A stretch of DNA of 64,000 nucleotides from Patescibacteria group bacterium (GTDB lineage: Bacteria; Patescibacteriota; JABMPQ01; JAHIRA01). Positions 39,344 through 48,190 of the stretch are shown in pieces. The stretch's first letter is position 1; each line of letters opens with the position of its first letter. The stretch spans positions 10,600 through 74,599 of the forward strand of contig JAHISJ010000023.1 of assembly GCA_018818205.1 (NCBI GenBank). The letters run 5' to 3'. Both the position numbers and the translations under genes were made by a program. The notes under the pieces were generated by a model. It did not search any database, was not told the DNA's origin, and was given only the letters and a program-made list of their open reading frames with translations.

Positions 39344-39880
39344 ATGTCACGATTAGCACGAAAACCATTAGAGATCCCAGAAAATGTCGAAGTTCAAGTA
39401 ACTGACGGCACGGTTTTAGTTAAAGGTCCAAAAGGTGAGCTTAAAGTTGTCCTTGCCCCCGCTGTTACAGTAAAGAGGGAAGAAAACGAACTTCTAGTCT
39501 CTGTTTCTTCCGATGAGGAGCATGCAGTGTGGGGAACAATGTGGTCACTGCTTAGAAATGCACTGATTGGTGTGTCTAAGGGATTTGAGAGAAAACTCGA
39601 GATCAACGGTGTTGGCTATAGAGCACAGGTGCAGGGAAAAAAGATTGTACTAAATCTTGGCTTCTCTCATCCTGTTGAGATTGAAGCTCTCGAGGGAGTA
39701 GAGTTTAAGGTCGAAGATAACATTATTGTGGTAAGTGGTATTGATAAAGAAAAGGTTGGTAGACTAGCTGCAAAGATTAGAGCTCAAAAAAAACCTGAAC
39801 CATACAAGGGTAAAGGGATCAAGTATATTGAAGAGCATGTAAGAAGAAAAGCAGGCAAGAAGGCAGCTGCCGCAGAATAA
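39344..39880 (+). CDS. rplF: 50S ribosomal protein L6
   Basis: GVGYRA, PEPYKGKGI. Confidence 0.98.
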   Translation: MSRLARKPLEIPENVEVQVTDGTVLVKGPKGELKVVLAPAVTVKREENELLVSVSSDEEHAVWGTMWSLLRNALIGVSKGFERKLEINGVGYRAQVQGKKIVLNLGFSHPVEIEALEGVEFKVEDNIIVVSGIDKEKVGRLAAKIRAQKKPEPYKGKGIKYIEEHVRRKAGKKAAAAE

Positions 39881-39893
39881 TTAATATAGATCA

Positions 39894-40241
39894 ATGAAGA
39901 GTAGAGACAAGAGACGTATACATAGGCATAAGCGAGTGCGTGCAAAGGTGTACGGAACAAAAGAAGTTCCGAGGCTTTCAGTATACAAAAGTTTGAATCA
40001 TCTGTACGTTCAAATTATTAACGATGACAAGCAGCAAACACTTCTTGGGCTTTCTGATACAGTGCTTAAGGAAGAATCACTAAAGAAGAGTGAAAAAGCT
40101 GCAAAACTTGGTGAAGAGATAGCTAAGAAAGCCAAAGAAAAGAAGATCACGTCAGTTGTTTTTGATCGTGGTGGCTATGCGTATTTAGGACGCGTGAAAG
40201 CTCTTGCTGACGGTGCAAGAAAAGGCGGTTTACAATTTTAA
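39894..40241 (+). CDS. rplR: 50S ribosomal protein L18
   Basis: PRLSV, VVFDRGGY-x-Y-x-GRV. Confidence 0.97.
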   Translation: MKSRDKRRIHRHKRVRAKVYGTKEVPRLSVYKSLNHLYVQIINDDKQQTLLGLSDTVLKEESLKKSEKAAKLGEEIAKKAKEKKITSVVFDRGGYAYLGRVKALADGARKGGLQF

Positions 40242-40258
40242 TTAACGAGTAAAAGAAA

Positions 40259-40948
40259 ATGGCAGATAGACGACGAAAATTTAGACGGAAGCCAAAATCT
40301 GAGTTTGATCAGAAGCTTGTTGATATTCGCCGCGTTACCCGCGTTGTCGCAGGTGGTAGACGTATGCGTTTTAGAGTGACCATTGTTCTTGGTGATAAGA
40401 AAAGACGCGTAGGTGCTGGAACTGCAAAGGGTAATGATGTCAGCTCAGCAATCGAAAAGGCAATTAAACAAGCAAAGAAGAACATGGTAACGGTGCCAGT
40501 TACAGAAAATGGCACTATCCCTCACGAGGTAATGGTAGAAGAAGGATCAGCCAGACTCTTTTTGAAGCCGGCGTTTCCTGGAACTGGTATTATTGCCGGT
40601 GGTTCTGTCCGTTCAGTCCTTGAACTCGCGGGTGTACGAAACGTGTTTAGTAAGATTTATGGCACGAACAATAAGCTCAATAATGTTAACGCAACAGTTA
40701 AGGCTCTTTCTGAAATGAGAAGTAAAGAGAAAGTATTTAAACTTAGAGGGAAAGAGTTTAAAGAAAAAACCGATGCTTCTGTAAAAGAAGAAGTAAAGAA
40801 AGTTCCTGAGGAAGAGAAGAAGCAGGTGTTAAAGAAACCATCAACAGTAGAAAAGAAGCCAGCTGTTCAAGGTTCTGTCCTCGACTCCGAGGTCGCTCAG
40901 ACTCGAGGAGAGGAGCCTGCCCCTAAGGCAAAAGATAAGCAGAAATAA
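40259..40948 (+). CDS. rpsE: 30S ribosomal protein S5 with long C-terminal tail
   Basis: RVTRVVAGGRR, GTGIIAGG. Confidence 0.98.
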   Translation: MADRRRKFRRKPKSEFDQKLVDIRRVTRVVAGGRRMRFRVTIVLGDKKRRVGAGTAKGNDVSSAIEKAIKQAKKNMVTVPVTENGTIPHEVMVEEGSARLFLKPAFPGTGIIAGGSVRSVLELAGVRNVFSKIYGTNNKLNNVNATVKALSEMRSKEKVFKLRGKEFKEKTDASVKEEVKKVPEEEKKQVLKKPSTVEKKPAVQGSVLDSEVAQTRGEEPAPKAKDKQK

Positions 40949-40955
40949 GAATACT

Positions 40956-41402
40956 ATGGTTAAGCTTCATTCATTAAAAAAGGATTCAGGTTCTGCTAAA
41001 AAGAGAAAACGTGTTGGGCGTGGTGGCGCTACCGGTACCTTTTGTGGAAAAGGGTGTAAAGGACAAAAAGCTCGTTCAGGCTATTCACGTAGGCGGGGTT
41101 TTGAAGGTGGCAGAACAAGTCTCTCAAAGCAATTACCTAAGCTTAAAGGGTTTAAAAGCTTTAAAAAACAAGCAGTTCCTATTTCTTTAGATATCTTAAG
41201 CAAACAGTATAAAGATGGAGAATTAGTCACATCAACGTCGCTAAAAAAGCACAATCTTATCCCATCAATGAGCACCCCCTGGAAGATATTGAATAGTGGG
41301 GAGATTTCAAAGAAGGTAGTGGTAAAAAATGGACTAGTCTCTAAAGAGGCACAAAAAGCAATAGAGGCTCAAGGAGGAGAGGTAACTCTTTCAAAAAAAT
41401 AA
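40956..41402 (+). CDS. rplO: 50S ribosomal protein L15
   Basis: RVGRGG, KGQKARSG and GFEGG motifs; no rpmD upstream. Confidence 0.96.
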   Translation: MVKLHSLKKDSGSAKKRKRVGRGGATGTFCGKGCKGQKARSGYSRRRGFEGGRTSLSKQLPKLKGFKSFKKQAVPISLDILSKQYKDGELVTSTSLKKHNLIPSMSTPWKILNSGEISKKVVVKNGLVSKEAQKAIEAQGGEVTLSKK

Positions 41403-41410
41403 ATCTGCAC

Positions 41411-42049
41411 ATGGACGAGCAATCAGAAAAAGATCTTGGGGAATTAGAAAAAACGTTACAATCAGTAAAAGAAAGCATTATTAAAGTACAGAAAGATGAT
41501 GCTAAAATTAGTGATTGTTTTGTAAGTGCGCAGACCTTTGACAATCAAAAACGGTATATGAGAGACTTGTATGAAGAAGATCCTGATCCAGAAATATTAA
41601 AAAAGGTTGATGAGCTAGAGCAGGCAGCGCAGGAAGAGTATAAAAAAATGTTTTCCGTATATGATAGACTCTCTGACAAGGAAGTGATAGATGACCTTCA
41701 CATGGAGCTTGAGAAGCTCTACGAGGATTACGCAGAAAAAATGAACTATATTGGCGAGGTGTCAGATGATAAACTTATTGCTATCCTTGAAGCTAGGGAT
41801 AGAATAAAAATAGTGTTCGATGAAATGGAGATGTGGCTTGATCGATTCACTGAAGCAGACCAGCGTGCGTATGAACGTAAAAATGAGCTTTTTGAGAAAA
41901 TTAAAAAGCGTGATGACAAGCTTCAGAATGAACTAGTTGTTAAGTCCCAATTCCATCAAAGGATTTACGATACTGCACGGGAAAAACTTATTAAGCCGCC
42001 TAAAGGCTCAGAGCGATTCAACTTCTGGTGGTGGCATATTGGAAGGTAA
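41411..42049 (+). CDS. Acidic helical hypothetical protein inserted between rplO and secY
   Basis: 212-aa ORF filling the gap with 8-bp and 5-bp spacers; ends FNFWWWHIGR. Confidence 0.75.
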   Translation: MDEQSEKDLGELEKTLQSVKESIIKVQKDDAKISDCFVSAQTFDNQKRYMRDLYEEDPDPEILKKVDELEQAAQEEYKKMFSVYDRLSDKEVIDDLHMELEKLYEDYAEKMNYIGEVSDDKLIAILEARDRIKIVFDEMEMWLDRFTEADQRAYERKNELFEKIKKRDDKLQNELVVKSQFHQRIYDTAREKLIKPPKGSERFNFWWWHIGR

Positions 42050-42054
42050 TATAC

Positions 42055-43335
42055 GTGTTAGAGAAGATTGTACAGATTTTTAGGATAAAAGAACTAAGAA
42101 ACAAGATATTATTTGTCTTGGCGCTTCTTGGTGTTTTTAGATTACTTGCCACTATTCCAGTTCCTGCCGTGGATCCTGCTGGGCTTAAGAGTCTATTTGA
42201 AAGCAACCAGCTTTTTGGTCTCTTGAATCTCTTTTCCGGTGGTGGCATGGAGAACTTTTCTTTGGTTGCACTTGGTGTTGGACCATATATTACCGCATCG
42301 ATTATTATGCAGCTTTTGACTATGGTAATCCCGAGTTTAGAGCGAATGCAAAAGGAAGAAGGTGAGGAAGGACGACGTAAAATAAATAAGATTACGCGGT
42401 ATTTGACGATCCCCCTTGCATTAATGCAAGGCTATGCAATGATTTCATTTTTACAAAGGTCAGGAGTAAATCTTCTTTCGGATGACTCACTCTGGACAAT
42501 CATTTCAACGGTGATGATTGTAGCTACTGGTACGGTACTTCTTATGTGGATTGGAGAGCTTATTAGTGAAAAGGGTATTGGCAATGGTATTTCGCTTATT
42601 ATCTTTGCGGGTATCGTTTCTGCTATACCTACGGCATTAAAGCAAACAATTGTAAGTTTTGATTCATCAAAAGTAATTGATATAGTCGTCTTTGCTGTTG
42701 TGGCCGTTGTGGTAATTGCAGCTATTGTCTTTATTACAGAGGGGCAGCGCAATATTCCTATCTCGTACGCGCGTCGTGTGCGTGGGAACAGAATGTACGG
42801 AGGTACTGCATCACACTTGCCACTTCGCGTAAATCAAGCAGGTGTTATCCCAATCATCTTTGCTATGTCAATAATGCTTGCTCCGGGGCTTGTAGCGAGT
42901 TTCTTTGTGAATACCCAAAATCAACTTGTTTCAGATATTTCTCAAAACATTGTTGATCTGTTCCAAAATCAGCTCTTTTATGGACTTCTGTATTTTGTAT
43001 TAGTGGTTGCGTTTACCTATTTTTATACTGCGGTTACGTTTGATCCCAAACAGATTGCAGAAAATGTACAAAAAAACGGTGGATTTATCCCGGGTATTAG
43101 ACCAGGAAAGCCCACTGCTGATTATTTACACAAAACACTCAACAGAATTACTTTGACCGGTGCACTCTTCCTTGGTTCTGTTGCTGTGCTACCGTTTGTT
43201 TTAAAATTAGTCATAGATATCCCATCGCTTGTTATTGGTGGCACAGGAATATTAATTGTGGTGAGTGTGGTTATTGAAACGGTCAAACAGGTTGAATCGC
43301 AGCTCGTTATGCGTGATTATGAGTCATTCTATTAA
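42055..43335 (+). CDS. secY: Preprotein translocase SecY
   Basis: LGVGPYITASIIMQLL, GIGNGISLIIF and IPGIRPG motifs; GTG 42055. Confidence 0.99.
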   Translation: MLEKIVQIFRIKELRNKILFVLALLGVFRLLATIPVPAVDPAGLKSLFESNQLFGLLNLFSGGGMENFSLVALGVGPYITASIIMQLLTMVIPSLERMQKEEGEEGRRKINKITRYLTIPLALMQGYAMISFLQRSGVNLLSDDSLWTIISTVMIVATGTVLLMWIGELISEKGIGNGISLIIFAGIVSAIPTALKQTIVSFDSSKVIDIVVFAVVAVVVIAAIVFITEGQRNIPISYARRVRGNRMYGGTASHLPLRVNQAGVIPIIFAMSIMLAPGLVASFFVNTQNQLVSDISQNIVDLFQNQLFYGLLYFVLVVAFTYFYTAVTFDPKQIAENVQKNGGFIPGIRPGKPTADYLHKTLNRITLTGALFLGSVAVLPFVLKLVIDIPSLVIGGTGILIVVSVVIETVKQVESQLVMRDYESFY

Positions 43336-43341
43336 AGAGGC

Positions 43342-43983
43342 ATGAAACACTACGACGCACTTATCTTTATGGGTATTCAGGGATCTGGCAAAGGGACACA
43401 GGCACGTCTCCTTGCGGATGAATTTGGATATTCTATTTTGGAAGCAGGGAAAATTTTACGTGAAGAAGCAGCAAGTGGCTCTAGTCTCGGAAAGAAAATA
43501 GACGAAATCATTCATGGTAAAGGTGAACTTGTGCCGGATGAAATTACCAAAGAGCTTGTTAAAAATTTTTTAAATGACATCCAGGAGGGCACTCCAGTAA
43601 TTTTTGATGCGTATCCGCGCACTCTTGTACAACTGCATGATCTTGAGGAAATTCTAAAAGAACACAATATAGCAAATTATCGTGTAGTCTACTTCACCCT
43701 TACTGATGATGAAGCTATGAAGCGTTTGTTAAGTCGAAGAGAATGCGAATCGTGTAAAGCACCAACAAGTGATAGTGCTGAGGAAGCATGCAAGAAATGC
43801 GGAGGCACATTAGTTCGAAGAAAAGATGATGAACCTGAAAAGATTCAAAAACGACTCGCATGGAGTCATAAGGAAACACAACCGGTCGTTGATGCATACG
43901 AAGAAAAAGGTGTTCTTATTGTCGTTGATGGCAATGAATCAATTGACCAAGTGTATGAAGAGTTAAAGCAAAAACTTGCCTGA
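43342..43983 (+). CDS. adk: Adenylate kinase (zinc-lid type)
   Basis: GIQGSGKGTQA, D-x-YPR, CxxC...CxxC lid, R-x-DD. Confidence 0.92.
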   Translation: MKHYDALIFMGIQGSGKGTQARLLADEFGYSILEAGKILREEAASGSSLGKKIDEIIHGKGELVPDEITKELVKNFLNDIQEGTPVIFDAYPRTLVQLHDLEEILKEHNIANYRVVYFTLTDDEAMKRLLSRRECESCKAPTSDSAEEACKKCGGTLVRRKDDEPEKIQKRLAWSHKETQPVVDAYEEKGVLIVVDGNESIDQVYEELKQKLA

Positions 43984-43996
43984 ACCAAAAGAAGCA

Positions 43997-44752
43997 ATGG
44001 CTCACGCAGTACTTAAGACAAAAGAAGAGATACATACGATGCGCGAAGGAGGTAAGCGCCTTTTTTATATATTACAGTGTTTAAAAGAACTTGTTGTGCA
44101 CGGTGAGCGCAGTGGAGCAGTTCTTGATGAAAAAGCGAAAGAGCTTGCAAAAAAGTATGACGGAGCCCCTTCGTTTAAAGGCTATAAAGGGTATCCTGCC
44201 AATCTCTGTGTTTCAGTCAACGATGAGGTGGTGCACGGGGTGCCGCATGACAAGGTCATTAATGAAGGTGATTTGCTCAAGCTTGATTTTGGGTTCTGGT
44301 ATAACGGACTGTGTACTGACAGTGCAGTAACTCTACCTGCCGGTAGATGCTTAAAACGTGATATGAAACTTATTGCCGTAACTGAGAAAGCATTATACGC
44401 TGGAATTAATAAGGCATGGGAGAGGAACCAAATGGGAGATATTGGCTATGCGATTCAATCCTACGTTGAGGGAGAAGGGTTTTCTGTAGTACGAGAACTG
44501 GTTGGGCATGGTGTGGGAAGGGATATCCATGAGCCGCCGCAGATTCCAAATTACGGTTCAAAAAAGCAGGGAATCGCTCTAAAAAAAGGTATGACGCTTG
44601 CGCTTGAACCGATGGTAAATAGTGGAGGATCAAAAGTCTTTTTTGAAGAAGATGGTTGGACCGTTAAGACGGTAGATGGTGGTCACTCTGCTCATTTTGA
44701 ACACACTATTGCAATTACTGAAGGAGGCCCGATTATTTTAACAAAGGAGTAG
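43997..44752 (+). CDS. map: Methionine aminopeptidase type I
   Basis: SVNDEVVHG, GHGVG..IHE-x-P, EPM and AHFEHT motifs. Confidence 0.97.
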   Translation: MAHAVLKTKEEIHTMREGGKRLFYILQCLKELVVHGERSGAVLDEKAKELAKKYDGAPSFKGYKGYPANLCVSVNDEVVHGVPHDKVINEGDLLKLDFGFWYNGLCTDSAVTLPAGRCLKRDMKLIAVTEKALYAGINKAWERNQMGDIGYAIQSYVEGEGFSVVRELVGHGVGRDIHEPPQIPNYGSKKQGIALKKGMTLALEPMVNSGGSKVFFEEDGWTVKTVDGGHSAHFEHTIAITEGGPIILTKE

Positions 44753-44759
44753 GTATACT

Positions 44760-45155
44760 ATGATTCTAGGAATCGATTACGGAGAAAAAAAGACTGGACT
44801 CGCTGTTTGGTATCCAGAAAATGATATAGTGCTTCCAAGAAAAACTATTCACCACACATCAGACAAGCAGCTTATTTCTTTTCTAAAAAAAACAGTAGAG
44901 GAGGACGATATTCAAGAAATCGTGCTTGGAAAACCTATCGGTCTTTCAGGAAATGAAACCGATCAAACCAGAAAGACACTCGAATTTAAGAAAGAGTTAG
45001 AAAAAAGTATTTCTATTCCAGTACATCTCACCGATGAGCGGTTAAGCACAAAACAAGCTCAAGTTTTTTTTGATGAAAAACAGACTGCAGATGAGGACAG
45101 TCTTGCTGCATGTGTTATACTAGAGACATATATAGACAAAAAAAGTCACCAATAG
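44760..45155 (+). CDS. ruvX: RuvX/YqgF pre-16S rRNA nuclease
   Basis: LGIDYG, DERLST, D-x2-AA-x2-IL. Confidence 0.9.
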   Translation: MILGIDYGEKKTGLAVWYPENDIVLPRKTIHHTSDKQLISFLKKTVEEDDIQEIVLGKPIGLSGNETDQTRKTLEFKKELEKSISIPVHLTDERLSTKQAQVFFDEKQTADEDSLAACVILETYIDKKSHQ

Positions 45156-45167
45156 TAATGAATTTTT

Positions 45168-45914
45168 ATGAAACTATCAGTCATCATTCCCGCTTACAAT
45201 GAAAGTAAGCGGATTATCCCAACATTAGAGTCAGTACAAAACTATCTTCAAAACCAAGAGTATGAATCAGAAGTCATTGTTGTGGCTAATGGGTGCAGCG
45301 ATGATACGGTGGAAGTTGCAAACTTGTTCCAGGGTAAAATCAATAATCTTAATGTGCTAAACATTGAAGCAAAAGGGGGTAAGGGCTGGGCGGTCAAAGA
45401 GGGAATGGCTAAAGCCAAAGGAGAAGTTGCCGTATTTATGGATGCCGACAATGCAACCAAGCTTAGTGAAATGGATCATTTCTGGAAATACTTCAATCAA
45501 GGGTATGATGTTGTTATTGGATCCAGAGCGCTTGCTCAGTCTAAAATTACACAAAAACAACCTTTCTATAGACGCTGGCTTGGCAAAAGCGGAAACCTGC
45601 TTATTCGTATGGTACTCATTCCAGGCATTCATGATACGCAATGTGGCTTTAAGGCATTTACGAGTAAGGCTTACGATGATATTTTTTCCAGACTTACTAT
45701 CTTTGGGTGGGGATTTGATATGGAGGTACTCGCAATTGCGAGGCACAAAGGATACAATGTAAAGGAGGAGCCGGTGACGTGGCATGACATTGGAGAAAGT
45801 CGAGTTGAACCCATTAAAGCCGCATTAAATACGTTAAAAGAACTCTATATTATTAGAAAGAATTTAATAAAAGGAACATATGGCAGAGCTGCTAAAAAAA
45901 GAGAACACAAGTAG
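45168..45914 (+). CDS. GT2 polyprenyl-phosphate beta-glucosyltransferase-like
   Basis: LSVIIPAYNE, GKG-x-AV, FMDAD, DTQCGFK and GFDME motifs. Confidence 0.88.
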   Translation: MKLSVIIPAYNESKRIIPTLESVQNYLQNQEYESEVIVVANGCSDDTVEVANLFQGKINNLNVLNIEAKGGKGWAVKEGMAKAKGEVAVFMDADNATKLSEMDHFWKYFNQGYDVVIGSRALAQSKITQKQPFYRRWLGKSGNLLIRMVLIPGIHDTQCGFKAFTSKAYDDIFSRLTIFGWGFDMEVLAIARHKGYNVKEEPVTWHDIGESRVEPIKAALNTLKELYIIRKNLIKGTYGRAAKKREHK

Positions 45915-46920
45915 TTTTGCGGAGTTTAGACAAAGCCCGGTTACTAAGAGGTGGGTACTTGTTAACCCTGGACGTGCGAGACGTCCAGAGGAGTTTGATC
46001 AATCAAAGAAAAGGAGACAGGGGAAGGCGTCAAAAGAAAGTTGTCCGTTTTGTCATGGGAATGAGGCAAAATTTACTCCAAAAAGCCTTTTAGAACTCTA
46101 CATGCCTGGCCAAAAGGAATGGGCAGTTAGAGTGGTTCCCAATAAATACCCGGCAGTGCTTGAGGAAGAGGTAGACTTAGAGCCAAGCCTTATTGACACG
46201 TATCACAAGAGAAAAGCAGCGACAGGGACACATGAAGTGCTCATAACAGGTGATCACGATAAGTACACGGCAAAAATGCCGGTTCCTCTTGTTGATAAAA
46301 TGCTTGAGACGTATCAGCTTCGTATTCAGGAGCTTTCAAGAAACAAGCATATAGAGTATGTGATTATTTTCCAGAACCAAGGAGATGAGGCAGGGGCATC
46401 TGTGGTGCATCCTCATTCGCAGCTTATTTCTATGAACCATGTACCGTCTCACCCGCTTGGAGAAATAAAAAATTCAAAGGTGTATTTTAAGAAGCACAAG
46501 CGGTGTCTTATCTGTGATATATTAAAGCTGGAACGCGATTTGCAAAAACGGGTGGTAATGGAGTCTGACAATTTTATTGTCTATATGCCGTATGCAGCAC
46601 GGTTTCCCTTCAAAGTATGGTTGCTTCCAAAGGATCATCATTCAATGTTTGAATCTCTTGAGCCAGCACTCAGAAGAGAACTTGCGGAAGTTTTAAAAGA
46701 GTATTTAAGCATTCTTGATAAGAAGCTCGGTGAGCCGGCATACAACTATTATTTACATACGTTGCCGGTAAATGGGGCATACAGTGATGAGCAAGACTCA
46801 TACCATTGGCATTTTTCTATCTTCCCAAGAATAAACATCTTGGCTGGTTTTGAGTTTGGTGCAGGAATTGCAATCAATGAAATGCCACCGGAGATGGCGT
46901 GTGAGTTTTTGAAGAAGTAA
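45880..46920 (+). CDS. galT: Galactose-1-phosphate uridylyltransferase family (HIT)
   Basis: CPFC-x-GNE, VVPNKYP, GASVVHPHSQ and YHWH motifs. Confidence 0.88.
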   Translation: MAELLKKENTSSFAEFRQSPVTKRWVLVNPGRARRPEEFDQSKKRRQGKASKESCPFCHGNEAKFTPKSLLELYMPGQKEWAVRVVPNKYPAVLEEEVDLEPSLIDTYHKRKAATGTHEVLITGDHDKYTAKMPVPLVDKMLETYQLRIQELSRNKHIEYVIIFQNQGDEAGASVVHPHSQLISMNHVPSHPLGEIKNSKVYFKKHKRCLICDILKLERDLQKRVVMESDNFIVYMPYAARFPFKVWLLPKDHHSMFESLEPALRRELAEVLKEYLSILDKKLGEPAYNYYLHTLPVNGAYSDEQDSYHWHFSIFPRINILAGFEFGAGIAINEMPPEMACEFLKK

Positions 46921-46932
46921 TTATCTACAAAT

Positions 46933-47418
46933 ATGGACTTCGTCCACCTCTTCCAAAACATTCCGCACTGGCTTGCAACAATGATGACGGCAATGCTTCC
47001 AATCGGAGAACTGAGAGCTGCTCTGCCAATAGCACTTACCGTCTATAATATGCCTTTTTGGGAGGCATACTTGTTTAGTGTTGCTGGAAACTTGATCCCT
47101 GTAGCGTTTATTCTATGGTTTCTTGACCCTGTCTCAAAGTGGCTCATGAAGCACTCAAAGCTTATGAATCGCTTTTTTACGTGGCTTTTTGACAGAACTC
47201 AAAAAAAGCATACTAAAAAGTTTGAAAAGTGGGGAGTAATAGCTCTTATCACTTTTGTCGCAATTCCTCTTCCAATAACAGGTGCATGGACAGGATCAGT
47301 AGCTGCATTTGTCTTTGGTATTCCCTTTAAAAAAGCGTTTCCACTTATTGCAATTGGCGTATTAATTGCAGGGATTATTGTTGGCGCAATGACACTTGGA
47401 GTAGCTTCAGTATTTTAA
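46933..47418 (+). CDS. COG2426 / small multidrug export family membrane protein
   Basis: PIGELRAALP and FVAIPLPITGAWTG motifs. Confidence 0.85.
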   Translation: MDFVHLFQNIPHWLATMMTAMLPIGELRAALPIALTVYNMPFWEAYLFSVAGNLIPVAFILWFLDPVSKWLMKHSKLMNRFFTWLFDRTQKKHTKKFEKWGVIALITFVAIPLPITGAWTGSVAAFVFGIPFKKAFPLIAIGVLIAGIIVGAMTLGVASVF

Positions 47419-47436
47419 ATTATTAACCATTGTATC

Positions 47437-48189
47437 ATGGAACCAAAAACAATTATTGCCGCGAATTGGAAGATGAATCTAGCGCTCGATGAAGCGGTCA
47501 TATTAGCTCGAGATATTGAAAAGTACGTAGAGGAAAACAAGGTTCAAAATGAAGTGGTTTTATGCCCTACGTTTATGCAGTTGCCGCTGGTTAAAGATGA
47601 GGTAGTTAAGGTTATCCTTGGTGCACAAGATGTCTACTATGAAGATAATGGCGCTTTTACTGGTGAGATCTCAACAGAAATGCTTAAAGAAATACAGACG
47701 TCATATGTTATTGTTGGCCATTCTGAGAGACGGCATGTCTTAGGTGAGACAGATGAAATCGTTAATAAGAAGAATAAAAAAGTGCTTGATTCTGGCATGA
47801 AGTCAATCTTTTGTGTAGGAGAGACAGAAGAGCAAAGAGAGAATGGTGAGACTGATGATGTGCTTATAACCCAAGTAGTCGCAGGCCTCGAAGGAGCAAC
47901 ACCTGAGCAAATGAAGGACGTTGTTATCGCCTACGAGCCGGTATGGGCAATCGGGACAGGAAATAACGCAACTCTAGAGGATGCAGAAGCCGCGATCAAA
48001 ACAATTAGAAAAACAATTGCAGAAAAGTATTCTGTAGAGACAGCTCAGGAATTGTCTGTCTTGTATGGTGGAAGCGTAAAGCCAGATAATATTGACGATT
48101 TTGCAAATAGTGATGAAATAAATGGTGTATTGGTTGGCGGTGCAAGCTTAAAGAAAGACGACTTTATTCAACTCATTCAAGCGTTTTAG
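47437..48189 (+). CDS. tpiA: Triosephosphate isomerase
   Basis: ANWKMN, GHSERR, AYEPVWAIGTG, LVGGASL. Confidence 0.98.
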   Translation: MEPKTIIAANWKMNLALDEAVILARDIEKYVEENKVQNEVVLCPTFMQLPLVKDEVVKVILGAQDVYYEDNGAFTGEISTEMLKEIQTSYVIVGHSERRHVLGETDEIVNKKNKKVLDSGMKSIFCVGETEEQRENGETDDVLITQVVAGLEGATPEQMKDVVIAYEPVWAIGTGNNATLEDAEAAIKTIRKTIAEKYSVETAQELSVLYGGSVKPDNIDDFANSDEINGVLVGGASLKKDDFIQLIQAF

Positions 48190-48190
48190 T

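Noticed and set aside
44332-44347. TCTACC-tgcc-GGTAGA hairpin (LPAGR) inside map resembling a REP remnant
   Set aside because: Only a 6-bp stem, and the protein appears to have normal length at this position; likely chance.
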